This document shows positions 1-8,411 of a DNA stretch of 39,975 nucleotides, one piece after another. Source of the stretch: Lentisphaeria bacterium (GTDB lineage Bacteria; Verrucomicrobiota; Lentisphaeria; JABSQK01; JAWLHB01); NCBI GenBank assembly GCA_041690595.1, contig JAWLHB010000010.1:186001-225975 (forward strand). The letters run 5' to 3'. The position numbers and the translations under genes were made by a program. A model generated the notes under the pieces. It had not been told where the DNA came from. It made no database searches and saw only the letters and a list, made by a program, of their open reading frames with translations. Numbering within the stretch: the first letter of the stretch is position 1; the number at the start of each line of letters is the position of its first letter.

Positions 1-2
1 TG

Positions 3-362
3 GCGGAAGCCATGCTGGCCTGCATCGAGCAGCGACTTGCCGATTACGATTTTGAATGGAGCGACGATACGGCGGTTTGCGTCGTGCTCGCTTCCGGCGG
101 CTATCCTGGGCCGTATGAGCAGGGCAAGCAGATCGATGGTCTGGCGGCCGCGGAAACGAATGGCGCCATGGTCTTCCATGCAGGCACCAAGCGGGTGGAC
201 GGGCAAATCGTGACGGCTGGTGGCCGCGTGCTGGGCGTGACGGCTCTGGGACCCGATATTCGCACCGCGGTACATCGATCCTACGAAGCCGCGGACAAGA
301 TCAGCTGGGAAGGCGTCTACAAACGCCGCGACATCGCGCACCGCGCCCTGGATCGTCTATGA
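3..362 (+). CDS. purD: Phosphoribosylamine--glycine ligase, C-terminal part (truncated by window start)
   Basis: GARS C-domain motifs VVLASGGYPG, VFHAGT, TAGGRVLGVTA, RRDIA; frame is open to the window edge. Confidence 0.93.
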   Translation, partial: AEAMLACIEQRLADYDFEWSDDTAVCVVLASGGYPGPYEQGKQIDGLAAAETNGAMVFHAGTKRVDGQIVTAGGRVLGVTALGPDIRTAVHRSYEAADKISWEGVYKRRDIAHRALDRL

Positions 363-1504
363 CTCGCAACATTCTCTTTGTCGACTGCTCAACAGCCCAT
401 GGGGGGGCTCAGCGGAGCCTCTACACGCTGATCACGCAACTGGACCGAGATCGTTACCTGCCGCACCTGCTCTGCGGAAACGACTCGTTGCACGGCCTGT
501 TGAAGCAATGCCGTCGCCGGGAGATTCACAGCGGCTTTGTCTCGATACGCAGTTGGCGTCGCAATGTGCAGGGGCTGCATCACGCGGTGGTGGACTTGGT
601 AAAGGCCAAGCCGATCGTGAACCGGTGGCTGGAAAAGCACAAGATCGATCTGGTTTATGCGAATGGCATCCAGAGCGGCCTGCTCTGCGCCATGAGCATC
701 CCAAAGGAAATGCCGTTGATTTTTCATAATCGGGACTTCCGCGGGCCGAAAACTGCTTTCGGACGCGTACTCAAGCGGGCAAATCGCGCGATCATGGTCT
801 CCGACTTCCTTCTCGATCACTGGCGGCAGCTCTTCCCTGACTATGCGGAGAAGATGGTGCGCGTGTACAACGGCTTCAATTTCGAGCAGATGCAGAAGTT
901 GCGTGAGGGCTACAACTATCGCGAGCAGCGCGGCTGGAAGAGCGGTGTGCTGGCGGTTTCGGTGCTGGCGGATCTGATGCCGTGGAAGCGCCAGGATCTC
1001 TTTCTGGAAGCCTTTGCCAAAGTGCGCGAAAAGCATCCCGATGCCTTTGCCTTCATTATCGGCGGCACACGTGACGAAAAGGCCGTGGCCTATGAACAGA
1101 AACTGACCAAGCTGGCCGACAAGCTCAACCTCACCCAGCACCTCGCTTTCACCGGCCATGTCGACAATCCATTCCCGCTCATCGATGCCAGCGATGTCAT
1201 GGTATCGACCGCCGAGAACGAACCTTTTGGACGTACGATTGTAGAGTCCCTCTTCTGCGGAAAACCCATTGTCGCCTGCGACACGGGAGGACCGGCGGAG
1301 ATCGGACAAGGATGCTGCGCGGTACACAACGTGCCGCCAACGGCCGACGCGCTGGCGGATGCCATTCTCGCCTGTGCATCGGTTTCCGTGGCCGGCCGCG
1401 GAAGAGTCGCGGATGCGGCCATAACCTGCGCACGTCGGTTCACCGTTGAATCGCATGTGCAGGCGATTACTCAGATTCTCGATGAATGCCTCAACCCAGC
1501 CTGA
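359..1504 (+). CDS. Glycosyltransferase family 4 (GT-B fold)
   Basis: N-terminal GGAQRS, WKRQD and EPFGRTIVES motifs; ATGA overlap with the purD stop. Confidence 0.88.
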   Translation: MTRNILFVDCSTAHGGAQRSLYTLITQLDRDRYLPHLLCGNDSLHGLLKQCRRREIHSGFVSIRSWRRNVQGLHHAVVDLVKAKPIVNRWLEKHKIDLVYANGIQSGLLCAMSIPKEMPLIFHNRDFRGPKTAFGRVLKRANRAIMVSDFLLDHWRQLFPDYAEKMVRVYNGFNFEQMQKLREGYNYREQRGWKSGVLAVSVLADLMPWKRQDLFLEAFAKVREKHPDAFAFIIGGTRDEKAVAYEQKLTKLADKLNLTQHLAFTGHVDNPFPLIDASDVMVSTAENEPFGRTIVESLFCGKPIVACDTGGPAEIGQGCCAVHNVPPTADALADAILACASVSVAGRGRVADAAITCARRFTVESHVQAITQILDECLNPA

Positions 1505-1570
1505 CGCCTCCGTTGCCTATGCACGGCAGGCCCAGTACAGAACCACCTTTATCTCAACACGAGACACGAT

Positions 1571-4546
1571 ATGCCACTGACACGGATCAAGGACCTCTTC
1601 CGTCCGGCGTGGAAACAGAGTAATCCCGACGTACGGCAGCAAGCCGTCCGCAAGATGACCGCCAACGACTATGACACCCTGCGCGAACTCATCCTGACGG
1701 ACGAGAGCCCTAAGGTTCGTCTTGCCGCCACCGAGAAAGTGACCGATCCCCGGCGCTGGGAAGCCCTGCTCGCGGAGAAGCCGCCGCAGGAAGTCGCTCA
1801 GATGCTGCGCGAGAAGCTGAAGGGACACTGGCGTTCGGAAGTCATGACCGTTCACAAAGTCGAAGCAGCCAGCCGTCTCCTCGACCAGATCGACGATCCG
1901 GAGCTGTTCGCCGAGGTTGGGGTGGAGGCAGAAGCGCCGGAGGTTCGCCTTCTCGCAATCGAGCGCATCCAGGATCAGCATCTGCTTTGTCGCATTGCCG
2001 AACGCCCCTGCGGAAAGGAGCCAGGCGAGGCTGCCGTCCGCAAGATCACGGACATCACCTTGCTGCAGCGACTCGCGGACGCAGGCGCCAATAAGCGAAT
2101 TCGCCGCCTGGCCGCCGACCGCCTGGCCCGCATCGAGGAGTTGGAGAATCAACCATCGCCCGACGAGCTGCGCCGCCACGACATGGAGAAACTGTTGAAT
2201 GAAGCGAGCCGTCTCGCGGAATCGTGGCATTGGGAATTTGCGGCCAACCGCATCAAGGCGATCGAGAAGGAAGTGGAGGCGCTGCTGAAGCCCGGTGAAG
2301 AATCGTATCGCGAGACGCTGCACTTGGCGCAACAACGATTTGCCGAACGGCGCCAGGAGTTCGAGGAACGGCAGGCGCAGGAGCGCCAGGAGGCCGCCGC
2401 ACGGCAGGCCATGCTCGAACGTCGCGAAAGCATCTGTACCCAGATAGAAGCGCTCACCGCGGTCCTGGATGCCACCACCGATCTACGCGAGCAAACGCTG
2501 GCGCAGCAGTGGGAGCAGTTGCAGGATCAATTGCCTGAAGAGGTGGTAAAACCGCTGACCGAACGTATCAACCAGGCACGCGCCAAACTGGCGACTGCAC
2601 GTGAAGCGCTGCGGCAGGAAGAGCGCCGTCTGCGGCATCTGGAAGAGCTGGTGACCGAGGCGGAAAAGCTCGCCGCGGAAGCGCGTGGCGATCAGGCGGA
2701 GGCAGTCTTCCAGGAATGCCTGCGCAAGACCGAAGGGTTGACCTTCAACCGCTGCGATCCCGCTCCGCTCAAGATGCGCCTGACTGCTGCCCATGAGCGC
2801 TTTCGGGCCGCCCAGCAGGAGTATCGTGAGGCTCGCGAAAAGGATCGGACGGAGCGGCAGGCTCATGCAGAGGCAATCTGTCAGGGAATGGAGGAAGTCT
2901 TCAACGACCCTAACTGGCGCCAGGCCGCAAACCGGATGAAAGAGTTGCACCAGCAGTGGCGCGACATCGACATCGAAGGTCTGGAGCCCGCTTTTGTAAA
3001 GGGCTGCGCGGACAAGATCAAGGACGCCAACAACCGCTTCGGTAAGTGGCTGACCCAGAAACGCGAGGAAGAAGAGTGGGAACGCTGGGCCAACCTCAAC
3101 CTCAAGGAGGAGCTGGTCAAGCAGGTCGAAGCTCTGGCCGCCGAAGAGAACCCGCACAAGGTCGCCGAGGCCGTCAAGGAGGCTCAAGCGAAGTGGAAGA
3201 CCATCGGCCCCATACCGCGGGAGAATGGCGACGAACTCTGGCATCGCTTCCAGACCATTTGCAATGAGCAGTTCGCCCGCGCCAAGATCTACTTCGATCA
3301 GCTCGACCGGGAGCGCGCCGAAAACCTCGAGAAGAAGGAGCAGTTGGCCGCTCGCGCCGAGATCCTCCAGGACTCGACGGACTGGAAGGCGACCGCGGAC
3401 GAACTGAAGGCCATACAGGACGAATGGAAGAGCATCGGCCCGGGCCCCCGCGAGGAAGAGCAACAGGTTTACCACCGCTTCCGGAAAGTCTGCGATCGCT
3501 TCTTCGAGCGGCTGCGTGAGCACCATGAGGCTCTCGACCAGGAGCGCCAGCAGCATCTGGAGGCGAAGGAGAAGATCTGTACACGCGCCGAAGAACTGGC
3601 TGAATCCAGCGACTGGTGGGAAACCATCAACGATATCAGCGAGATGAACAGCCAGTGGAAGCAGATCGGCCCTTCGCCACATGGAAAGGAAGAAGAGATC
3701 TGGACACGCTTCCAGGCAGCCACCCAGCACTTCTTCGACCGCCTCGATGAGGCACGTCCGAAGCACCTCGAAGCCAAACAGGCACTGGTGGAAGAGGCTC
3801 GCCAGGCTGTCACCCAGGCCGTCGATCCCGGCAAGGACAAACACGTGGGCGAGCGCCTCAAGGAGCTGCAGGCACGCTGGAAAGAGATTGGTCCCGCCCC
3901 CCAGCAGGACGAACGCGCCCTCTGGAAGGAATTCCAGAAGATCTGCGACGACTTCTTCGAGGTGCGTCGTGAGCATTTCGAGGAACAGATCCAGGATCGC
4001 GACAAGAAGGTCGAACAGAAACAGCAGCTCATTCAGCGAGCCCGCGAAGCGCTGGAAATGGAAGACAAGTGGGAAGCCGCCGAGTTGCTCAAGTCCCTGC
4101 AGCAGGAGTGGAAGGAAATCGGCGCCATTCCCTTCCGGGAAGATGCCGAGCTTTGGCAGGAGTTCCGGGGGATCTGCAACACCTTCTTCGAGGCGCGCAA
4201 TCAGGCCTTCCAGCAGGTCCGCGAGGATCGCGATGCCAATCTGCGGCGCAAGGAGGAGCTGCTCGAACGCCTTGAGCGGCTGGCTGGCAAGAGCTCAACG
4301 GAGGAGTCGCAGGCAAAATCGTCCCTATCGCTGGCCGATCAGCTCAAGCTGGCCTTCGAAGAGAACTTCATCATGGCCGCGGAAGATCCGCGTGATCAGC
4401 GCCAGACGGCCTTTGAGGAAGTCAAGAAGATCCAGGCGGAGTGGCGCGATATCGGTCCCGTTCCTCGCAAGGTCGAGCAGGCACTATGGCAACGCTACCG
4501 CGAAGCTCTCGACTACTTCTTCGACGATCGCCGCGGCAGCCGCTGA
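1571..4546 (+). CDS. DUF349-domain helical repeat protein, 991 aa
   Basis: Six copies of W-x2-IG(P/A)-x-P...(W/Y)-x2-(F/Y)...F in the C-terminal half; N-terminus (WKQSNPDVRQQAV...) is HEAT-like; coiled-coil middle. Confidence 0.85.
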   Translation: MPLTRIKDLFRPAWKQSNPDVRQQAVRKMTANDYDTLRELILTDESPKVRLAATEKVTDPRRWEALLAEKPPQEVAQMLREKLKGHWRSEVMTVHKVEAASRLLDQIDDPELFAEVGVEAEAPEVRLLAIERIQDQHLLCRIAERPCGKEPGEAAVRKITDITLLQRLADAGANKRIRRLAADRLARIEELENQPSPDELRRHDMEKLLNEASRLAESWHWEFAANRIKAIEKEVEALLKPGEESYRETLHLAQQRFAERRQEFEERQAQERQEAAARQAMLERRESICTQIEALTAVLDATTDLREQTLAQQWEQLQDQLPEEVVKPLTERINQARAKLATAREALRQEERRLRHLEELVTEAEKLAAEARGDQAEAVFQECLRKTEGLTFNRCDPAPLKMRLTAAHERFRAAQQEYREAREKDRTERQAHAEAICQGMEEVFNDPNWRQAANRMKELHQQWRDIDIEGLEPAFVKGCADKIKDANNRFGKWLTQKREEEEWERWANLNLKEELVKQVEALAAEENPHKVAEAVKEAQAKWKTIGPIPRENGDELWHRFQTICNEQFARAKIYFDQLDRERAENLEKKEQLAARAEILQDSTDWKATADELKAIQDEWKSIGPGPREEEQQVYHRFRKVCDRFFERLREHHEALDQERQQHLEAKEKICTRAEELAESSDWWETINDISEMNSQWKQIGPSPHGKEEEIWTRFQAATQHFFDRLDEARPKHLEAKQALVEEARQAVTQAVDPGKDKHVGERLKELQARWKEIGPAPQQDERALWKEFQKICDDFFEVRREHFEEQIQDRDKKVEQKQQLIQRAREALEMEDKWEAAELLKSLQQEWKEIGAIPFREDAELWQEFRGICNTFFEARNQAFQQVREDRDANLRRKEELLERLERLAGKSSTEESQAKSSLSLADQLKLAFEENFIMAAEDPRDQRQTAFEEVKKIQAEWRDIGPVPRKVEQALWQRYREALDYFFDDRRGSR

Positions 4547-5410
4547 TCATCGCGCCGCATCGCTTTCGGGAAGGTCCTTTACCCATGCCACGAATCGTTC
4601 GTGCAGCATGGGTATCATCCTGTCGCGGCATCGGCCGAGCGCTTCAGTGTGGCCGCTCCCCGTCATGATCCACAGCTCTTTCGGCTCTCGCGCCTTGCCG
4701 ATCAGATGCTGTGCATGATGAAAGGGGACCACGCGGTCCTTCGTGCCGTGGATGATGATCAGCGGTATTGGGCTGATTCCGGCCACCGCGTCAGCGGGAT
4801 CGCACGCGTTGCCGACCAACATCCCCGCCACCGGCCGCAACGAAGATCCCACGTAGTCACGGGCAATATCGCCATACGAGGCGAAGGCTGACTCGCTCAC
4901 CACGCCGACGATGCCCTCGAAGTGGTTGTTGCCGATCGCCGCGATGGCGTTCGCACCGCCCAGGCTCTGCCCGAAGGCGATGATCTTCCCGCGGTCGATG
5001 TCATCCCTGCTCTGGAGATAGCGCAGCGCCGCCACGCTGTCTTCATAGATGCCTTCGCGGCTGACGCGTCCGGCCGAGGCGCCATAGCCCCGGTAGTCAA
5101 AGACAAAGAGATTGAACCCATACTCTGGGAGCCACGAGACCATGCGATAGTGCGCCGTCATATTCTGGGCATTGCCGTGGAAGTGGATCACGGTTCCCAG
5201 CGCCGTGCCGGTGGCCGGAATGAACCATCCCGACAGCATCGTCCCGTCGAGGCTGGGAAAGCGCACCTCCTCGTAGGCGAGCCCATCCCGCGTGGGCGTC
5301 CAGTAAACCTGCCTGTCAGGATGATAGAAAGCTCTGTCGACGGTGCCACAGCCCATAAGCGACAGCAACGCCATGAGGGCTATCAGCGCCCGAAAAGCCA
5401 TACTCGCCAT
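4547..5410 (-). CDS. Alpha/beta hydrolase (YfhR-like), predicted lipoprotein
   Basis: HFHGNA, FDYRGYG, nucleophile elbow GQSLGG, HGTKD, GH catalytic His; signal peptide ending LMGC. Start could be 5410, 5401 or 5446. Confidence 0.85.
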   Translation of the reverse strand: MASMAFRALIALMALLSLMGCGTVDRAFYHPDRQVYWTPTRDGLAYEEVRFPSLDGTMLSGWFIPATGTALGTVIHFHGNAQNMTAHYRMVSWLPEYGFNLFVFDYRGYGASAGRVSREGIYEDSVAALRYLQSRDDIDRGKIIAFGQSLGGANAIAAIGNNHFEGIVGVVSESAFASYGDIARDYVGSSLRPVAGMLVGNACDPADAVAGISPIPLIIIHGTKDRVVPFHHAQHLIGKAREPKELWIMTGSGHTEALGRCRDRMIPMLHERFVAWVKDLPESDAAR

Positions 5411-5585
5411 CCTGCTGGTGATGAATCGACCGGTCTGCCCCACCACGGGGCATCGGGATACGATTACGCATAGCGTGGTTACCGCGGCGTATCAAGCGAC
5501 ACCGACAGCGGCCAACCGCGATTTGCCATCGACCCTGCTTGTGAGGCAGAGTATCTGATCCCATGATACACTCTTACCCTGAGGA

Positions 5586-6326
5586 ATGTCAATGAAAGGC
5601 GACGAACACGTGCAGCAGTATCGCCAACGCGGCTGGTTGGTCATCGAGAATGTCTTCTCCCCAGATGAGGCCGATATGATCGCCCGTCTTGCGGAGGAAA
5701 TCAGCCTGGGGGACCTCGGGCAGGAGGACTCCGCCACGGCGATTACCGACCGCGGCGCGGAAGGCCAGCTCCTGCCGCGCAAGATCATGCAGCCCTTCCT
5801 CCGCCATCCTACTTTCCGCGCCTTCGTGCTGGACCAGCGGCTGCAGCGGCTGGTCTCCCGGCTCCTCGGAGGCGAGCCCCTCCTTTGCACAGACCAGATC
5901 TTCATGAAACCACCGCGTTTCGGCTCCGCGAAGCCTTACCATCAAGACAATTACTACTTCCGATGCCATCCCCCGGATCAGGTGCTGACCGCCTGGATCG
6001 CTCTCGATGACGTTGACGAGGAGAATGGCTGCCTGCGATACATCGACGGTTCCCACCGCGAAGGCATCAAACCCCACTCACCTGTCCCGGGTGAACGCCA
6101 CAACCTGGCGGTCGACGACAAACATATCGATCTGGACCGGGAATCCCTGGCGATTGTCGGCAGAGGCGGCGTCGTCTTCCATCACAGCGAGACGCTCCAC
6201 ACCTCCCACCGCAACGAGTCGGATCGATGGCGACGCGGCTATGCCACGCACTGGATCACGCCGGGAGTGACCAGCGAGGGCGATGTCGTCGCCAATGGCT
6301 ACTTCCACGATACCTACCAGATCTGA
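5586..6326 (+). CDS. Phytanoyl-CoA dioxygenase (PhyH) family Fe(II)/2OG oxygenase
   Basis: KPYHQD (HxD), WIALDD...ENGCL...GSH, LHTS...N...RR motifs; GAGG RBS. Confidence 0.88.
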   Translation: MSMKGDEHVQQYRQRGWLVIENVFSPDEADMIARLAEEISLGDLGQEDSATAITDRGAEGQLLPRKIMQPFLRHPTFRAFVLDQRLQRLVSRLLGGEPLLCTDQIFMKPPRFGSAKPYHQDNYYFRCHPPDQVLTAWIALDDVDEENGCLRYIDGSHREGIKPHSPVPGERHNLAVDDKHIDLDRESLAIVGRGGVVFHHSETLHTSHRNESDRWRRGYATHWITPGVTSEGDVVANGYFHDTYQI

Positions 6327-6344
6327 AGCACCGGCTCCAGCTGA

Positions 6345-8393
6345 TCAGGCGTCGCTTGGACCTCGGGTGGCGAGTATGCCGTACGGAGGCAGGCATACCT
6401 CTCCATGCAGCTCACCGCCATTGAGAAGATCGACCACCCGCTCGGAGATGAAGATTCTGACATGATCGGCAAGCGTGTTGAAGGTGAAGGTGATGCCAGG
6501 CGCACCATCCTTGCCCCGGCGCTTCACGTGGTAGATTCCGGCGGTTGCCTCCTCATTGACCGCGAGACCGATCTCCAGCAACAGCCAGGTATAGAAATCG
6601 CGCAGATGCCCCCCCATCGGGATGGTACCCAAGTAGTAGGCTGTGCCCTCCCCCACCCTCTTTCTGCTGAGCATGGTCCAGGCTGCCAGCAGATCCTGAT
6701 TGCAGACGGCGAGGGTCTCCGCGCCCTCGCTCACTGCCAACTCCAGCCAATCGCCACAGCGGATGAGAGGCAGGCCCGGAGCCGCATCGGTCGGTTGCAA
6801 CATGATTTCCGCCAGTTCTCCCGGCTGCGTTCCCCAATCCTCGATTCTCACCCCAAGCAGGTCGCTCAGCAAACCTGGAGGCGGGCGGTCCCCTGCCCTG
6901 CCATTCTCGTCGACCGCACCTGGCATGCCGACCGCCAGGATGACACCGCCCTGCGCCACGTATGCCTGCAGGCGTGCCACCAGCTCGCCGGAAAGGCAGG
7001 TCAGTGTCGGCAGGATCAGCGCCTTATAGCGATGCCAGTCTGCTTCTGGATCCGTCAATTCGGCCAGGTGACCGAGCTGCATCAGGGCCCGGAAATGCAG
7101 GAGGTGATGGTGGCAATAGGAGATCTCCCGCATCATTCCCTCGGCACCGATCGCGCTTGCCGGCAGAGTCGGATGGGCCACCTCGTTCCACCAGCTGTCG
7201 AAGCTGCAGAGAATGCCGATGTCCGCCGCCGGTCGCACGGTCGCATCGAGGGCCTCTCGCAAGCGCGAGAGCTCTCCGGCAGTCTGGGTGATCTCCCTGA
7301 AGGCGCGATACGGCTGCCCATGAGCATGCACGATGCCCTGGTTCAAGCGCTCGGCTCCAGCTACCGGCATGTCCCAGCGAAAGTACTCCACCAGCGTCAC
7401 CCCGAGGGCAACATGGGCCATGGTCCAGTACCGCACCTGCCCCGGCAGGATCAGCTCGTCCCGCTTCGAACCTTCCTGCGTCTCGAAGAGCCATACGGCA
7501 TCTTCTTTCCCATAGGATCGATGCATAGCCACAAAGAAGGCCATGGTTTCCAGCGTGAAGCCGAAAGGATGAGAGCGCGGATAGTAGTCGTAGCCGACAA
7601 TGTCGCAGAATCTGCCCATCTTCACGTGGTCGTAGCCATTCCAGGGAGCCATCATGTTGGTCGTGATCGGCTGGCGGCAACCGGTCTCCCTGAGCGCCTC
7701 GTACTGGTTGCGATGGTAGTCGATCCACTGCCGCGACATGAAGCGGCGCCATGCCAAAAGGAGGCCGGGGTTGTAGCCGTTGCGCGGAAGCGGTACCTGG
7801 TCGAAGCTGCTGACGCTTTGCGCCCAGAAGGCCAGCCCCAAGCTCTCGTTCAGCCTTTCGACATCGTCGTACGTCTCCGCGAGGTACTCATGGAAAGCAT
7901 CCGCGCAGCGCTCGCAGTAACAGGTGGGATGTCCAAGCTCATTGTCGATATGCCAGGCAAGCAGTGCCGGATGATTGCCGAACGCCGCCCCCAGTTGCCG
8001 GGCTGTAGCGGCACAGAGTTGCCGGTACGTTTCGGAGGTGGGGCAGGTATGGCGGCGTATGCCGAAACCCATCACGTTGCCGTTCGCATCCACCGGCAAA
8101 ATCTGGGGAAAATCCTCGCACATCCATACGGGGGGCGCGGCAGATGGCGTGCAGAGGATCACCTGAATCTCATGAGCATGCAGAAGATCGAGGATTTCCC
8201 TTACGAAAGCAAGATCGTACCGCTCGTGCTCCGGCTCAAGACGATCCCACCAGAACTCGCCGATCCGCACAGCCCTGATCCCCATCCCGGCCATCTGTCG
8301 TATGTTCGGCTCCCACAGGCTCGGATCCATGTGTTCCGGATAAAAAGCGGCGGCTATACCATGAAATCGTCCTGCATCATCTTCTTTATGCAT
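6345..8393 (-). CDS. Beta-galactosidase, glycoside hydrolase family 42
   Basis: FYPEH, RIGEFWW..LEP, WHIDNE (acid/base Glu), CYCERC, ITTNMM, FETQ, YFRW, followed by a trimerisation-like domain. Confidence 0.88.
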   Translation of the reverse strand: MHKEDDAGRFHGIAAAFYPEHMDPSLWEPNIRQMAGMGIRAVRIGEFWWDRLEPEHERYDLAFVREILDLLHAHEIQVILCTPSAAPPVWMCEDFPQILPVDANGNVMGFGIRRHTCPTSETYRQLCAATARQLGAAFGNHPALLAWHIDNELGHPTCYCERCADAFHEYLAETYDDVERLNESLGLAFWAQSVSSFDQVPLPRNGYNPGLLLAWRRFMSRQWIDYHRNQYEALRETGCRQPITTNMMAPWNGYDHVKMGRFCDIVGYDYYPRSHPFGFTLETMAFFVAMHRSYGKEDAVWLFETQEGSKRDELILPGQVRYWTMAHVALGVTLVEYFRWDMPVAGAERLNQGIVHAHGQPYRAFREITQTAGELSRLREALDATVRPAADIGILCSFDSWWNEVAHPTLPASAIGAEGMMREISYCHHHLLHFRALMQLGHLAELTDPEADWHRYKALILPTLTCLSGELVARLQAYVAQGGVILAVGMPGAVDENGRAGDRPPPGLLSDLLGVRIEDWGTQPGELAEIMLQPTDAAPGLPLIRCGDWLELAVSEGAETLAVCNQDLLAAWTMLSRKRVGEGTAYYLGTIPMGGHLRDFYTWLLLEIGLAVNEEATAGIYHVKRRGKDGAPGITFTFNTLADHVRIFISERVVDLLNGGELHGEVCLPPYGILATRGPSDA

Positions 8394-8411
8394 CTTCTTC
8401 TTCCATACTGG

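Noticed and set aside
2483..3976. 497-aa - strand ORF, and similar long ORFs at 12088-13449, 23917-25506 and 26917-27903
   Set aside because: All lie opposite well-supported genes (DUF349, lysS/ruvC, sulfatase, sigma) and lack independent evidence.
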